DNA from: Candidatus Poribacteria bacterium
GTDB taxonomy: Bacteria; Poribacteria; WGA-4E; PCPOR2b
Length of the DNA stretch: 64,000 nucleotides
NCBI GenBank assembly: GCA_965116925.1
Contig: OZ220744.1
Location: forward strand, 672,001-736,000
Direction of reading: 5' to 3'
Shown here: positions 62,118-64,000 of the stretch, one piece after another
How positions within the stretch are numbered: position 1 is the stretch's first letter
How the letters are laid out: every line of letters starts with the position of its first letter
Program-made: the position numbers and the translations under genes
The notes under the pieces: model-generated
What the model was told of the DNA's origin: nothing
Database searches by the model: none
Seen by the model: only the letters and a program-made list of their open reading frames with translations

Positions 62118-63242
62118 ATGAAAATTACACATATCGGTTCAGTCCTGTTGAAACCCACCGGTTGGGTGCTAATCAAAGTCAAGACCGATGAAGGCATCAC
62201 CGGTATCGGGGAAGCCTACCACGGGGCAGGGGTCCATCAAATCGCCGTAGACGAGCGGTTGACGCGACCATTAATCGGTCAAGACCCACGTAACGTCGAT
62301 AAACTGTTCCGCGATATGATGGGTGCTATGTCCGCGTCCGGTTTTTATCAAGGTGCCGTGATGAGTGCTATCAGCGGGATAGAAAGTGCACTGTGGGACA
62401 TCACCGGACAGGCGGCTGGCGTTCCGATTTGGCAGCTACTCGGAGGCAAGTTTCGCGATAAAATACGGATTTATAACGATTGTCATGCCGGCGAAACAGA
62501 GACCCCCGAAGCTTACGCAGCCAAAGCGCGGGAAGTTGAAGCGCGGGGTTTTACCGCCATCAAGTTTGACATTGACCCGCTGCCGTCCCGCCGAGACCGA
62601 TACAATCGCTGCATCAGCAACGACGACATCGCCCACTATGTCGAGATAGTAACCGCTGTCCGCGAAAGTTTAGATTCTAACACCGACCTCGCGATAGATG
62701 CCCACTGGTTTTACGCTCCGGTGGACATTCTGAAAGTCGCACACGCCTTTGAGGATCTCGATCTACTCTGGTTGGAAGATCCCATCCCACCCGAAAACAT
62801 AGCAGCGATGGAAGGTGTCACGAAATCCACGCGCACGCCGATCTGCACCGGCGAGAATTTCTACACCCGATTTGGCTTCCGAGACCTGATCGAAACCCAA
62901 GCAGCAGACATTATTTCGCCAGATATGGCAAAGGCGGGAGGGCTTTTAGAGGGCAGACGCATCGCAGACCTAGCGGATATGTACTACATCCCCATCGCTC
63001 CACACAATATCGGCAGTCCCATCCAAACTGTTGCAAACTGTCATGTGATGGCGGCGGTGCCTAACTTCCTTGTCTTGGAATTCCATCACTTGGACAACGC
63101 GTTTTGGGCAGGTATCATTAATGAAGGACCTTTAATTGAAGAAGGTCACATTGATGTGCCAAATCTACCCGGATTGGGGGTCACTTTGAATGAGGATCTA
63201 CTTAAAAATAACTTCAGGGAAGAATTCGGATTCTTTGATTGA
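62118..63242 (+). CDS. Enolase superfamily acid-sugar dehydratase (DgoD-like)
   Basis: GITGIGE, ALWDI.G, KFD, IDAH, LEDP, TGEN, PHN. Confidence 0.85.
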   Translation: MKITHIGSVLLKPTGWVLIKVKTDEGITGIGEAYHGAGVHQIAVDERLTRPLIGQDPRNVDKLFRDMMGAMSASGFYQGAVMSAISGIESALWDITGQAAGVPIWQLLGGKFRDKIRIYNDCHAGETETPEAYAAKAREVEARGFTAIKFDIDPLPSRRDRYNRCISNDDIAHYVEIVTAVRESLDSNTDLAIDAHWFYAPVDILKVAHAFEDLDLLWLEDPIPPENIAAMEGVTKSTRTPICTGENFYTRFGFRDLIETQAADIISPDMAKAGGLLEGRRIADLADMYYIPIAPHNIGSPIQTVANCHVMAAVPNFLVLEFHHLDNAFWAGIINEGPLIEEGHIDVPNLPGLGVTLNEDLLKNNFREEFGFFD

Positions 63243-63298
63243 ATCAGAAGAAATTACAACTAACGCAGGCTGCCATCTATAGTAATAACCAATGGTGC

Positions 63299-63440
63299 TA
63301 GTACTCTGTCACATAAGTTTTGGAATTATTATATATGTGAGGGGTGTGCATGTGTAGCCATCTTAGTAGATTAACCGTATTGCTGTGCATACACATTGCG
63401 CTCCGCATGAAGATTAATTTATTAATTGGGTAATTTCCGA
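63299..63440. repeat. Truncated nested repeats: G left end, half of a D hairpin, H left arm
   Basis: TAGTACTCTGTCACATAAGTTTT; GCGCTCCGC|ATGAAGATTAATTTATTAATTGGGTAATTTCCGA. Confidence 0.7.
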
Positions 63441-63519
63441 AGCAACTTGGAGTACAACTAGGCAAACTGTACGCGGCGACAGTCGCGGTACGGTTTGGAT
63501 GGGAGGAAAATTGCATTAA

Positions 63520-64000
63520 ATGGACAATCAATCGAACAACAAAATCAGAATTTCGCCTGAACCCTTTCGCCAGTTTACAAGTGCTCTTTATCAAAGTGCA
63601 GGCGTTCCTAAGGTGGATGCCGATGCCGTCGCCCGGATGCAGGTTGAAACAGATGAGCGGGGTGTGTTTTCGCATGGAACTCGTGCGCTCCCCGGCTATG
63701 TGCGCGGCATCCTCAACGGTGAGATCAATCCGAAGCCGACACCGCAGGTTCTGACGGATGCGCCGAGCACCGCGCTCGTTGATGCGGATAATAGCCTTGG
63801 GCATGTCGCTGGGATATACGCAATGAATATGGCGATTGAAAAGGCTGAGACCACAGGTTTCGCATCGGTTGCGGTTCGCAATAGCAACCATTACGGCGCA
63901 GCGGCGTGTTTCGCGATGATGGCGTTATCAAAGGGAATGATCGGCTTCAGCACTACCAAAACGGGTGGGGCAAGCGTCGTACCGCATGGCGGGATGTCGG
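63520..64000 (+). CDS. Ldh_2 family (malate/L-lactate/ureidoglycolate-type) oxidoreductase, partial
   Basis: Translated by hand: DERGVFSHG, VDADNSLGH, VRNSNHYG; runs off the window. Confidence 0.88.
   Translation, partial: MDNQSNNKIRISPEPFRQFTSALYQSAGVPKVDADAVARMQVETDERGVFSHGTRALPGYVRGILNGEINPKPTPQVLTDAPSTALVDADNSLGHVAGIYAMNMAIEKAETTGFASVAVRNSNHYGAAACFAMMALSKGMIGFSTTKTGGASVVPHGGMS

Noticed and set aside
63298..63931. Minus-strand ORFs
   Set aside because: Shadows of the plus-strand Ldh_2 gene and of repeats

Overview
A 64 kb bacterial chromosomal segment. The gene content (FlgD-Ig/'YPNPFNP' C-terminal domain, sulfatases, phytanoyl-CoA dioxygenase, PD40/WD40/NHL/TPR proteins, sigma-54 regulators) resembles Candidatus Poribacteria; this is inference, not a search result. 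Core genes are uppS, apt, secDF, rplM-rpsI, purA, gdhA and three tRNAs, interleaved with sugar, sulfate-ester and phosphonate catabolic enzymes. Four accessory features stand out. (1) A sigma-54 cassette at 7014-10496: a sensor-less enhancer-binding protein, a -24/-12 promoter, a small secreted protein and three mosaic paralogous envelope proteins. (2) A dense set of nested intergenic repeats. One ~115-bp palindromic family inserts at the dyad axis of unrelated hairpins, and a RAYT (HUH transposase) gene lies inside an element with the same ends. (3) A TnpB-only IS200/IS605 element plus a 53-bp one-hairpin derivative whose guide and left cleavage tetranucleotides co-vary. (4) An HTH-methyltransferase-TRD fusion convergent with a PD-(D/E)xK nuclease. 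All calls come from reading motifs by eye; no database searches were run.
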